A stretch of 32,000 nt of DNA from Candidatus Saccharimonadota bacterium (GTDB lineage Bacteria > Patescibacteriota > Saccharimonadia > Saccharimonadales > Saccharimonadaceae), in assembly GCF_025273655.1 (NCBI RefSeq), contig NZ_CP045921.1:390001-422000 (forward strand). The letters are read 5' to 3'. Within the stretch, counting starts at the first letter, position 1; each line of letters begins with the position of its first letter. The notes beneath the pieces were generated by a model that saw only the letters and a list, made by a program, of their open reading frames with translations, did not search any database and was not told where the DNA came from. The translations under genes and the position numbers were made by a program. Shown in pieces: positions 7,794 to 16,213 of the stretch.

Positions 7794-9083
7794 ATGGATT
7801 TCGATTTCGACTTTGAAGACGCGAAGCCGTGGCTAATCGGCATCGGTGCGATTTTGCTGGTAGCTGGCGTATTGTTTGGCATGACGTATATCAACGTCAA
7901 CAGTGCCATTGCCAAGTGTACGGCTGCCGGGTATGCCAAGCCGGACTGGTCGTGGCGTGTCACCTCGTGTCCGGCCGACGAAGATTATGCCAGTGATAGC
8001 GTCGCACTAGTGGTCGGTAATACGGCCGATAGTCCTATGCCCAAGCTCACCGATGAAGCAGACAAATATCTGCGTAATTCCCTCGCCCAGACAGACGGTG
8101 ATCTCCAGTTCTATCTCTACTCTGCCACGCCAAGCGGCTCACGCATTCAGCTCGACGATCTGAAGGTGAAAAAAGCTGGAAATGTGAATTCATTCGTCAC
8201 AAATTCGAGCCAGACTGTCGACAAGATCGACAAAGCGATTGCTCAGCCCGCAAGCGAAAACGGTGCCGACTATTTCAACAACATTGTAGCTGCCGGTCGT
8301 GCCGTCACGACGTCACCCAGTACCAAATCACCACTGGTGCTCGTAGTTGGTTCGGGATTGTCGGATTCGCAGCCGCTCAATTTTGCCAATGGTGATCTGC
8401 TCCATGCCGATCCGGCGGATGTGCTGGCGCAGCTCAAAGCCAAAGGTACAATCGCTCAAGATGATCTCAAGGGCGTCCGCATCGTGTGGTCCGGACTAGG
8501 TGTTACTACATCGCCCCAACAGCCACTCGACGCCACGGAGAAACGCAATCTCCGCAATATTTACAATACTATTTTCAACTACATGGGCGCTCGTCTCGTC
8601 ACTGACGATACTGTCATGGCGACAGAGAGCGTCAAGACAGACAAAACAGTGACGCCGGTGACTGTCAATGGACTGTCTGGCGGCGTGGTGGTCTACAAAC
8701 TTGGCGAAAACTCCATCGGATTCAAACCTGGTACGGCTACTATCCAAGATCAGGCAAAAGCCAACTCGGCACTCGACGGTATCATTGCGAATTACCAAAA
8801 ATGCCCAGCTGCAAAACTGACTGTCGAGGGCTACACGGCGCGGCCAAATGGCACCATCGAAGCGACTAGTGACTTGTCGAAATCTAGGGCGGACGCTGTC
8901 AAAAAGCTGCTCGTGGCGCGTGGTGTGAACGATGCAGCCGTGATGGCGACTGGCAAAGGCTCAAGTGATTTCGAAGGCCGTGTCGACGAAAAAGACGCGA
9001 CCGGTACATGGAATAGCGAAAAAGCACAGGCCAATCGTGTCGTCATCGTCACTATGGATAGCAGTGGAGGATGTAGTGGCTAA
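7794..9083 (+). CDS. OmpA-family (peptidoglycan-binding OmpA_C-like) protein with N-terminal TM anchor
   Basis: N-terminal TM helix (WLIGIGAILLVAGVLFGM). C-terminal LTVEGYTARPNG...SKSRADAVKKLLVARGV...ANRVVIVTM is OmpA_C-like. GGAGAG SD upstream. Confidence 0.75.
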   Translation: MDFDFDFEDAKPWLIGIGAILLVAGVLFGMTYINVNSAIAKCTAAGYAKPDWSWRVTSCPADEDYASDSVALVVGNTADSPMPKLTDEADKYLRNSLAQTDGDLQFYLYSATPSGSRIQLDDLKVKKAGNVNSFVTNSSQTVDKIDKAIAQPASENGADYFNNIVAAGRAVTTSPSTKSPLVLVVGSGLSDSQPLNFANGDLLHADPADVLAQLKAKGTIAQDDLKGVRIVWSGLGVTTSPQQPLDATEKRNLRNIYNTIFNYMGARLVTDDTVMATESVKTDKTVTPVTVNGLSGGVVVYKLGENSIGFKPGTATIQDQAKANSALDGIIANYQKCPAAKLTVEGYTARPNGTIEATSDLSKSRADAVKKLLVARGVNDAAVMATGKGSSDFEGRVDEKDATGTWNSEKAQANRVVIVTMDSSGGCSG

Positions 9084-9774
9084 AAAACCGCGTCCAGCAC
9101 CACGCTATGAACATACTCGCCCATCGGTATCTATCTGGATGCGTCTACGCGGGTGGCTGGCTGCTCGTGCCGACCGTGCCAGTGTGCGACGACGGTTTCT
9201 CAGCGATCATGGTGCTACGCGGGCACGTGATTTTGACAGACAGACTATCGCGGGCGAGAAATATCTCCTTAAGACACAGTTTCTTGAGCACCTGGCCGAT
9301 GTGCGCGACCATCACGTTTTACGAGAAGCCAAACGAGCGCGTAGTGTACAGGCAAGGCTGTCAGGACTCGAGGGCGAAGCGCGCGGCGTGCTGGAGCGCG
9401 AGCAAGCTCAGCTACTGGAAGCCAAACATGAGTACACCGACATCAAATCTCGCCTTGCTCGTGACGACCTCACGGCACTAGAAAAAGCTAACTACCAGGG
9501 TAAGCTCGGTCAGATCGAAGGATCTGTGAAGCAGCAGCTCGGTGTGGTTGCAAAAGCCGAGGATAAGCTGGCCGATATCACTGCAGCACAGGCCGACAGT
9601 CGCAAAGAATTTGCCGAATTTGCTCAAGCGGCGCACAATATCTACGAGATGTCCATGAACGCCTACGTCAAAGTTGCTGGTCGCCGTCTCAATAGACTTG
9701 GTTGTACCAATTATGATGCTGAATTACGTGATTTTACCAGTGAAACTACCCAAAAAATAAAGGAGCTCTCGTAA
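9076..9774 (+). CDS. Coiled-coil hypothetical protein
   Basis: Track ORF starts at 8965 inside the OmpA-like gene. GTG 9076 is preceded by GGAGGA (9066-9071) and overlaps the OmpA stop by 8 nt. Start is uncertain. E/A/K/Q-rich heptad-like sequence. Confidence 0.5.
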   Translation: MAKKPRPAPRYEHTRPSVSIWMRLRGWLAARADRASVRRRFLSDHGATRARDFDRQTIAGEKYLLKTQFLEHLADVRDHHVLREAKRARSVQARLSGLEGEARGVLEREQAQLLEAKHEYTDIKSRLARDDLTALEKANYQGKLGQIEGSVKQQLGVVAKAEDKLADITAAQADSRKEFAEFAQAAHNIYEMSMNAYVKVAGRRLNRLGCTNYDAELRDFTSETTQKIKELS

Positions 9775-11078
9775 TGGCTAAAAGTTTTCTCAAAGTACTC
9801 GTACGGCTCCAGAAGCCGAGCCAGAAGCAGATTGAACTGGTACGGCGCCGTGCACTCGCAACGGTCAAACATACTCGCCGCAACCAGAAGCTCGATGCCA
9901 AATCGGTCGAAGCTATGCTGCGTATCGTCAGTGGTCGTTACAGCGATTTGCACGCAGCGCTCGAGACGGAATACCGCAAGCGAGAACAGCGCATCGACAC
10001 TACCTATGCTCGCGGGCTCAAAAAGACCAAGGCCTCACTTATTAAAGTCGAGCAAGATATCAATCAACTCGAATCGATGGGCTACGACAAGACGACGTCC
10101 GGTATTGACTACGACGATGCGGTGGCCCGTTTGCGCCTGCTCGCCCAGGGCAACGAATCGCGCGATACGGATGCTGTCAAATTGGCCAAAGCCCGCCGCT
10201 CCCCCACCCCATACAAACGCCCTGTCGACACTGATACGGCGTTCGCTACTCCATACGGCCACTACTGGGTTGTAGCGGGCTGTCTCCTGCTCAGTTTTCT
10301 CGATATGTTGCTGCTTAGTGCGGCTATCGAACGCTTGCTCGATACCGATCAGCTCAACGCCAGTATTTTGGCATTTGCACTGGCCCTTGTCGGTAGTGTC
10401 ACGGCGTTTCTATGGGGTCGATCGCAGGCAGCGCATCCAGCTCGGCGCGGCTGGTCATTTTATGAGCCATGGATCTGGATTACTATTGCTCTCATCTTTG
10501 TCGCAATTCGCGGTGTGGTTATCTATATGGATATTCAGGAGTATCCAGACAATATCTTCACGATCATCAGCTCCGAAGCGCTTATGGCACTACTTCTGAC
10601 GGTACTTTATCTGGGGACGGGGCTGGCAATTCGTGCCGAAGCCCGCAAGATATTTGATCCGACGATGTTTAGTCAGTGGCGCAGTATTCGCATGGCCAAG
10701 AAGATTCAGCATCGTATTGCAAAGAAATATGCTCGCGCCGAGAGTATGATTCTCGAGCTTGAACAGTTCCACAAAAACTACCGTGCACTCAAAAAGATGT
10801 ATATCATCCGCAAAAACTCACTCTATGATGCTGAGCGTACGACACTGAGTTCTGTTGTCAAACGAGTGCTTGAAGACAATCCGCAGCTCGATCCGCAGGT
10901 GGTCGAAGATATTTTGCAATCAGTGCTAGCTGGTCGCTCGCACATCACTATGGCGGCAAATGAAGGTGCGGTTGTCCGGGCGCAGTCGCCGGCAGTCGCG
11001 AGTACGCGGCTTTCCGCGGCTAGCCCACGTCAGGCCGTCACCAGGCCAGCGCCACGTAAGCCACCAGTGATCCGCTAA
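9774..11078 (+). CDS. Polytopic membrane protein flanked by coiled-coil regions
   Basis: ATG 9774 overlaps the preceding TAA (TAATG). AAGGAG at 9760-9765. About 4-5 hydrophobic helices between residues ~165 and 300. No family recognised. Confidence 0.6.
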   Translation: MAKSFLKVLVRLQKPSQKQIELVRRRALATVKHTRRNQKLDAKSVEAMLRIVSGRYSDLHAALETEYRKREQRIDTTYARGLKKTKASLIKVEQDINQLESMGYDKTTSGIDYDDAVARLRLLAQGNESRDTDAVKLAKARRSPTPYKRPVDTDTAFATPYGHYWVVAGCLLLSFLDMLLLSAAIERLLDTDQLNASILAFALALVGSVTAFLWGRSQAAHPARRGWSFYEPWIWITIALIFVAIRGVVIYMDIQEYPDNIFTIISSEALMALLLTVLYLGTGLAIRAEARKIFDPTMFSQWRSIRMAKKIQHRIAKKYARAESMILELEQFHKNYRALKKMYIIRKNSLYDAERTTLSSVVKRVLEDNPQLDPQVVEDILQSVLAGRSHITMAANEGAVVRAQSPAVASTRLSAASPRQAVTRPAPRKPPVIR

Positions 11079-11084
11079 CGTAGT

Positions 11085-11546
11085 ATGCGTGATCGGTTGG
11101 ATCAAATCTGGTCGCAGCTGAGTTACTATGTGGACGAAGTGGCAATTCGGGTCGGACTGGCCCGGGATGATCCGGCTGTTGATCTGCGGATGCGTGGTAT
11201 TGCTGCTATTGCAGTATGTATCTTTATGGCGGTTTGCGGTGGTTGGTGGTACACCACGCATGTGCTCGTGACGTGGCAGCCGGAATCGACACGTACGTCC
11301 GAGACGGCGCCGATACCCGTTTCGTCCAGCGGACCTCACGCCAATGAACCCTTGTCTAATTCCGTGCCATCATCTGAGGCATCTGATACGCCTGAATGCG
11401 ATCCCGATTATTCACCGTGTGTGCCAGTAGTCTCGGGTGATCTCAACTGTGCGGATATAGGGCAAACTGTACGCATAGTCGGCACGGATCATTATCATCT
11501 CGACAATGACTCGGATGGCTATGGATGTGATTCATATAGTAATTAA
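11085..11546 (+). CDS. Excalibur calcium-binding domain protein with one TM segment
   Basis: C-terminal CADIGQTVRIVGTDHYHLDNDSDGYGCDS resembles the Excalibur DxDxDGxxC motif. TM segment IAAIAVCIFMAVCGGWWY. Confidence 0.6.
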   Translation: MRDRLDQIWSQLSYYVDEVAIRVGLARDDPAVDLRMRGIAAIAVCIFMAVCGGWWYTTHVLVTWQPESTRTSETAPIPVSSSGPHANEPLSNSVPSSEASDTPECDPDYSPCVPVVSGDLNCADIGQTVRIVGTDHYHLDNDSDGYGCDSYSN

Positions 11547-12169
11547 ACAATAAGCTCTGCAAGTTCTTGTCGAGTAAGATTGGCACCGAATGCTGGGTGT
11601 CCTGGCTCAAGTGTGCGACCCGCGGCTAGGTTGCCGATAGGTAGCGGATCGAAACCAAGCGTGTCGATAAACTGCGCGACGGTCTCAATATCTTCTTTGT
11701 GATCACCTGCGATGGCAATGGCTTTGCGAGTTGGCATATTTTGCGCTGCAGCTTCGTCATGCAGGTGATGGTAGCCCATGTGATTGAGCGCCTTGACGAC
11801 ATGGGATGCAGGCAAAAATCCCTGAATAGCTTGGCTCGATGATTGTTCGTCTGGCAAAATGTTCTCGCGTGGTCCATCGACTTCCCACCAGTAATTCGTG
11901 GCATCAATGACGAGTTTGCCTGTAAGTGCATTGGCAGGCAAAGAACGAAACTTGCCAAGAGGAATTGCCAGAATCACGATGTCAGATTGCGCTGCGTTTC
12001 TAGCAGTGACTGCCTGTGCACCAGGGGTAAGCGTATCAATAGCAAGCGCTATTTTGCCCGGGCTACCCGATCCGGCGACGAGTACTTCGTAATCGGCTTT
12101 TGTTGCTAGCTGGGCCAATGTAATGCCAAGTTTGCCCGCGCCAATGATACCGACAGTGCGTATTGCCAC
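11543..12169 (-). CDS. NADP-binding oxidoreductase of the NADPH-dependent F420 reductase (NpdG-like) family
   Basis: GTG start 12169. Rossmann motif VGIIGAGKLG. Overall similarity to the F420-dependent NADP oxidoreductase family is by recall only. Confidence 0.65.
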   Translation of the reverse strand: MAIRTVGIIGAGKLGITLAQLATKADYEVLVAGSGSPGKIALAIDTLTPGAQAVTARNAAQSDIVILAIPLGKFRSLPANALTGKLVIDATNYWWEVDGPRENILPDEQSSSQAIQGFLPASHVVKALNHMGYHHLHDEAAAQNMPTRKAIAIAGDHKEDIETVAQFIDTLGFDPLPIGNLAAGRTLEPGHPAFGANLTRQELAELIV

Positions 12170-12171
12170 TG

Positions 12172-13224
12172 CTACTTCCCTGCCAAGAGTTCACGTACAC
12201 GTGGTATTACTTTTTTACCATATAGTTCGATCATGTGACGGCGATCGCTCGCTTTCATGGGGCCAAATCCGTACACGAGATCGAATCGCTCTACATCGAC
12301 GGCTTTCATAGCTTTAGCGATCTTCCGTGCCACCGTTTCTGGCGAACCGACGTACATGGAGCCGCCCTTCACTTCGTTCATGAAGTGCTGGCGTGTCATG
12401 GGCTGCCAGCCACGCGTGGCGCCTACTTTATCCATCTGCTCTTTGAATAGTGGAAAGCTAATTTCTATAGCCTGCTCGTCGGTATCAGCGATAAAACCTG
12501 GCGAGTGCATGCCGACCGGATGCGCGTTGTGGCCAAACTGGGCGGCCGCCTTGCGGTAGAGTTCTACGTAGGGGGCGAAACGCTCCGGCGAACCGCCGAT
12601 GATCGCGAGGACAAGTGGCAAATCATACGCTGCTGCACGTACGACTGAGTTGGGTGAGCCGCCTACACCGACACGGACGTCGAGTCGGCCTTTGTCTGTC
12701 TTCGGGAATACATCGGCGGCGTCGAGTGACTGAGTAAACGTGCCGTCCCATGTGACAGGCTTCTCGTCGAGCAACTTGCTAAAGAGCTCGATCTTCTCCT
12801 CGAACAGTCCTTCGTAATCGCGCAGATCGTAACCGAAGAGTGGAAACGACTCGGTAAAAGAACCACGCCCTAGTATGACCTGCGCCCTACCATCAGATAC
12901 CGCATCAAGCGTGGCGAAGCGCTCGTACACGCGCACGGGGTCGTCGCTGCTGAGGACAGTGACGCCAGACGCGAGCGTGATTTTCTTGGTCTTGCTAGCT
13001 ATGGCAGCGAGTACCATTTCGGGGCTTGAGATGGCAAATTCATCGCGGTGGTGTTCGCCGAGCCCGATGACGTCGACGCCGAGTTTGTCGGCGAGTACGG
13101 CTTCGTCGACCACTAAACGAATCGAGGCGGCGTGACTCATGAGTTTACCTTTGCTATCTGTGGCGAGGTCGCCAAACGAATCAAGGCCAAATTGGTAGTG
13201 TGGTATTGCAGATTTTTTGGTCAT
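12172..13224 (-). CDS. LLM-class (luciferase-like) flavin-dependent oxidoreductase
   Basis: FGLDSFGD...VIGLGEHH... pattern typical of the LLM family. Start moved to ATG 13224 (GGGAGA SD upstream) so it does not overlap arsR. Confidence 0.8.
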   Translation of the reverse strand: MTKKSAIPHYQFGLDSFGDLATDSKGKLMSHAASIRLVVDEAVLADKLGVDVIGLGEHHRDEFAISSPEMVLAAIASKTKKITLASGVTVLSSDDPVRVYERFATLDAVSDGRAQVILGRGSFTESFPLFGYDLRDYEGLFEEKIELFSKLLDEKPVTWDGTFTQSLDAADVFPKTDKGRLDVRVGVGGSPNSVVRAAAYDLPLVLAIIGGSPERFAPYVELYRKAAAQFGHNAHPVGMHSPGFIADTDEQAIEISFPLFKEQMDKVGATRGWQPMTRQHFMNEVKGGSMYVGSPETVARKIAKAMKAVDVERFDLVYGFGPMKASDRRHMIELYGKKVIPRVRELLAGK

Positions 13225-13234
13225 ATCTCCCTGT

Positions 13235-13516
13235 CTATACTTTCGTGGCATCGATGCCGTGTTGGGTTAGTAGTGCTGTGTCGAGCCGGTAGTATTTCTC
13301 TACCCCGTCTTTGCGTTCGCGTAGTACACCGCTTGCGACAAGTTTGGCAAAGTGGTGGCTCATGGTCGGTTGCGAAAGCTTGAGCGCAAGTGCGCAATCG
13401 GACGTGATGTCGCGCGCAGCAACCTCTCCATGCTGTGATGCAAGATGGCGTACGACACTCAGTCGAGTATCGTCGGCGAGGCTTTTGAGGATTTCTGTGG
13501 TATCTGCTGCTTCCAT
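13235..13516 (-). CDS. ArsR/SmtB family transcriptional regulator
   Basis: LKSLADDTRLSVVRHL...LSQPTMSHHFAKLVASGVLRERKDG..YYRL is the ArsR wHTH signature. TATAAT-N7-ATG arrangement. Confidence 0.85.
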   Translation of the reverse strand: MEAADTTEILKSLADDTRLSVVRHLASQHGEVAARDITSDCALALKLSQPTMSHHFAKLVASGVLRERKDGVEKYYRLDTALLTQHGIDATKV

Positions 13517-13523
13517 ACATCTT

Positions 13524-13529
13524 ATTATA
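13524..13529 (-). promoter_or_regulatory. -10 TATAAT, 7 nt upstream of the arsR ATG (leaderless)
   Basis: The complement of 13524-13529 is TATAAT. The ATG is at 13516. No SD. Confidence 0.5.
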
Positions 13530-13560
13530 TAGAAATATTTAAATATATCAATACGTATAC

Positions 13561-13610
13561 AAAAGTCTGAACCCGCTTCCCTACTAGGAAAGGAGCGAGC
13601 TCAGACTTTT
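13561..13610 (-). terminator. Hairpin terminator (potentially bidirectional) after the 89-aa minus-strand gene
   Basis: AAAAGTCTGA (13561-13570) pairs with TCAGACTTTT (13601-13610). A/T runs sit on both arms. Confidence 0.55.
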
Positions 13611-13654
13611 CTAGAGGGTGCGGGCGTAGTTAGATGCCTGCAGTGGTGTGTCTC

Positions 13655-13924
13655 CTAGGAGAACTGTAGTCGTTCGAATGTAACTTCGCTGGATAGATCT
13701 GCGGCTTGTTTTGCCGCATACAGTACATTTCCACTTTCAACGCGATCAAGCGGTCTTCCGAAGGTGACTTCGCACTGCCAGTACGCGCTACCTTTGTCCA
13801 GAAGAGTGCGGTACTCCGCCGCGGCGTCCGGATGTGTTGACCTGATGGTCTGCGTGAGGCGATGCATTGCCTTGAAGGTTGCGCCGGAGCTTTTGTCGAT
13901 AACGAATGTTGCCTGAGATGACAT
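13655..13924 (-). CDS. Hypothetical protein (89 aa)
   Basis: ORF followed by the hairpin terminator at 13561-13610. No family recognised. Confidence 0.45.
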   Translation of the reverse strand: MSSQATFVIDKSSGATFKAMHRLTQTIRSTHPDAAAEYRTLLDKGSAYWQCEVTFGRPLDRVESGNVLYAAKQAADLSSEVTFERLQFS

Positions 13925-14035
13925 GGTGCCTTCCGTAGGAACTCTAACATACTAATTATATCATAAAAATTGACATATTACTACAAACACCCCGGCTCTC
14001 ACGTCAGGGTGTTTGGTGTAAGTGGTGGTGGGCAG

Positions 14036-14299
14036 TCAGGCGACTCGGTGGAGATGCGATGTGGTGGTGTGGGGGTGATTGTAGCCTTTGTCCTGGGTTG
14101 GGGGTATGTGATGGTTGTTGGACTCGGGCTCATCGTCGAGTGCCTGCACAAGTGATCTGTCTGCGTCGTCGCCGAAGTCGATACTGTCGTCGACATCCGC
14201 CAAAAACTCGTCACTCCATACAGCTGCCGGGTCAAATCCGCTCGCGTCTCGGAACGGATTCTGCGGGTAACTTGCGAGTGTGTGTTGATATGAATTCAT
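14036..14299 (-). CDS. Small acidic hypothetical protein (87 aa)
   Basis: GGGAGG SD (complement of 14305-14310) upstream of ATG 14299. The track's longer form starts at 14347. Confidence 0.4.
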   Translation of the reverse strand: MNSYQHTLASYPQNPFRDASGFDPAAVWSDEFLADVDDSIDFGDDADRSLVQALDDEPESNNHHIPPTQDKGYNHPHTTTSHLHRVA

Positions 14300-14395
14300 A
14301 CACGCCTCCCTCTTATCTGTTACCATGTGGTTCCTCATGTACCACAACTACTACATATAGCAGGTCAGTCTGAGAATTTGCTGTAGCGAGCGGGG

Positions 14396-15247
14396 CTATG
14401 TTGTAATGCGCTGGTCGTAGTACTCGAACGCGTGAGTAGTTGCGGCCTGTAGGTGTGCAGCGGTTAGCGATGTGATGTCTTCGGCACTCATGCCATGCTC
14501 GACGGTGGCGATTTTTCCAATATATACCGATGCGTGACGTATACGATTTGGCTTGGCGTTGTCCATGTCTATTTGCTGGTAGTCTCGGCCGTAACTTACG
14601 CCAATAGGTACAATACTTGCAGGTATATTGCCAGGCTGGAGTGAGCGCAGTGCGATCTCGCCGATACCGCGTTGGAGCGGTAAGTTGAGTTCTGCATGCG
14701 AGTAATTGTGGGTGCCTTCTGGATATATACCAACGGGGTGTCCGGTCTGGATAAACTCATTGATCGTATCAAACAACAGCTCGTTTGTGCAAGAGAGACT
14801 GGACTCTGCATGATCTTTTTTACGAGCGGCAGGCACGGTGCCCATTTGGTTGATAAAACCAGTGACAATCGGCTGGAGAGGCGCCTGCAACGGTGTGGGT
14901 ACTCCTAGTTTTGTGAGCAGCTTTTTGTTGTAAAAACCATCTTTTGCGATGACGCGAATATCACCTACCTTTTTCGGTAAGATTTCATGTGCGATTGCGG
15001 CGGCTGTCCATTGGTCGTGTAGGTCCGATAAATGATTGAGTGTGAGAAGCATTGGCACATCTTCCGTGTCAAGCTTGGCGAGTTGCTCATGAGCCCCTTC
15101 GTCGTAGCTAATATCCGGCTGCATGATTTCGTGGAGTAGCCGGTATGCACTGCGGGTAAATGCACGGTATGGCCGGTATGCGAGCTGATAGTCGTATACG
15201 GCTTTTGCTTGAGCTGGATTCCCCAGTTCATAAACGGGACGTTTCAT
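14396..15247 (-). CDS. Lysophospholipid (1-acyl-sn-glycerol-3-phosphate) acyltransferase family protein
   Basis: LTLNHLSDLHD resembles, but does not exactly match, the NHxSxxD (HX4D) box. IYPEGTHN matches the PEGT block. Leaderless-type TGCTATACT-N6-ATG. Confidence 0.65.
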   Translation of the reverse strand: MKRPVYELGNPAQAKAVYDYQLAYRPYRAFTRSAYRLLHEIMQPDISYDEGAHEQLAKLDTEDVPMLLTLNHLSDLHDQWTAAAIAHEILPKKVGDIRVIAKDGFYNKKLLTKLGVPTPLQAPLQPIVTGFINQMGTVPAARKKDHAESSLSCTNELLFDTINEFIQTGHPVGIYPEGTHNYSHAELNLPLQRGIGEIALRSLQPGNIPASIVPIGVSYGRDYQQIDMDNAKPNRIRHASVYIGKIATVEHGMSAEDITSLTAAHLQAATTHAFEYYDQRITT

Positions 15248-15253
15248 ATTTGT

Positions 15254-15262
15254 AGTATAGCA
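15254..15262 (-). promoter_or_regulatory. Extended -10 TGCTATACT, 6 nt upstream of the acyltransferase ATG (leaderless)
   Basis: The complement of 15254-15262 reads TGCTATACT. The ATG is at 15247. Confidence 0.5.
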
Positions 15263-15355
15263 AATGTAGCGATTTGAACGTGGACGAAATATCGAAAAAG
15301 TGCTATGGTATACGCTATGGCGGCATGATGGCCGTCACGAGTGAGAGGAAGCAAC

Positions 15356-15805
15356 ATGACCCTCCGGCAGAAACGCGACGAGCGCGTTTTGGTGTGTGTT
15401 CGCACGTTCGAACGGCTCGCGGATTCACATCTCGACAGGCTGTTACAACAGTTTGTCATTGCAGAAATTTGGTCCGATGCGATGTCGGCCGAGTTCTGCT
15501 ACGAACAGTTTAGAACGCAGTTCTATGGCTGCTTCATGACCGTGCTCTCAGAGCGCATCATCGACGAATACATCGCTGAGCATGAAGCATTCAATCGTAC
15601 TGTGCTCAGGATCGCTGAGCGCGAGCAGCTCGATGCCTACGGTTTGCGACACCTTGAGCTACAGCTCAGCTTATATACGGCGGGGCTGCTACGCTGGCTG
15701 GGCGCGAAGTGTGCTCAGCTAACCAAACTCGATGAGCAGCTAGTGCTGCTAGAACATGACTATATCCCACCCACCAGTGTTGAGCCGACATTGGTGGGTG
15801 GCTAA
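15356..15805 (+). CDS. Hypothetical protein (149 aa)
   Basis: GAGAGGAAG SD upstream of ATG 15356. Followed by the terminator at 15848-15875. Confidence 0.5.
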   Translation: MTLRQKRDERVLVCVRTFERLADSHLDRLLQQFVIAEIWSDAMSAEFCYEQFRTQFYGCFMTVLSERIIDEYIAEHEAFNRTVLRIAEREQLDAYGLRHLELQLSLYTAGLLRWLGAKCAQLTKLDEQLVLLEHDYIPPTSVEPTLVGG

Positions 15806-15847
15806 CCGGTCACACCCCGCCCCTGCGCGATGTATTTTGCCTGAGCG

Positions 15848-15875
15848 AAATACCCGTAGGAGGCGGGTATTTTCG
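15848..15875 (+). terminator. Intrinsic terminator-like hairpin
   Basis: AAATACCCG (15848-15856) pairs with CGGGTATTT (15864-15872), with a 7-nt loop, followed by TCGTGTATT. Confidence 0.5.
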
Positions 15876-15879
15876 TGTA

Positions 15880-15908
15880 TTGAATATTTCTATATTTTAT
15901 GATATAAT
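15880..15908 (+). promoter_or_regulatory. Sigma70-like promoter TTGAAT-N17-TATAAT, 7 nt upstream of ATG 15916 (leaderless)
   Basis: TTGAAT 15880-15885, 17-nt spacer, TATAAT 15903-15908, then 7 nt to the ATG. Confidence 0.55.
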
Positions 15909-15915
15909 ATTATTA

Positions 15916-16194
15916 ATGAGTAATATCTTTCGAGAAATTATACAAGAAGAACGTCATGCCGCTCGCTCTATAGCGGTAATGTACGACGGCATGTCGCAGA
16001 TACCTTACGAGAAAATGATACAAGGTTTAGATGATAGTGAGCTACAGATGATGGATAGAAACAATTTCGATGCGCAGCGTGTCATAGCTGTGCAAGAGTC
16101 TGCGCGGGCGCAGGCGCGAATTGCCGTCGCAGAATTACTGCTTATGGGTAAGTCGCTTGTGGCATTGGATGATGATCCTCACTTTGTAGCCTAG
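15916..16194 (+). CDS. Hypothetical protein (92 aa)
   Basis: ATG 15916 (MSNIFREIIQEE...). The track's TTG 15880 coincides with the -35 box, so it is unlikely to be the start. Confidence 0.45.
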   Translation: MSNIFREIIQEERHAARSIAVMYDGMSQIPYEKMIQGLDDSELQMMDRNNFDAQRVIAVQESARAQARIAVAELLLMGKSLVALDDDPHFVA

Positions 16195-16213
16195 AAGCTG
16201 CTATGCTTGTAAT

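Noticed and set aside
7794-11078. MotAB/ZorAB-like stator interpretation of the OmpA-anchored protein plus polytopic membrane protein
   Set aside because: The TM helix of the OmpA-like protein has no conserved Asp. The 434-aa protein's topology, with an N-terminal coiled coil before the TM block, does not resemble MotA or ZorA. No other Zorya-type genes are present.
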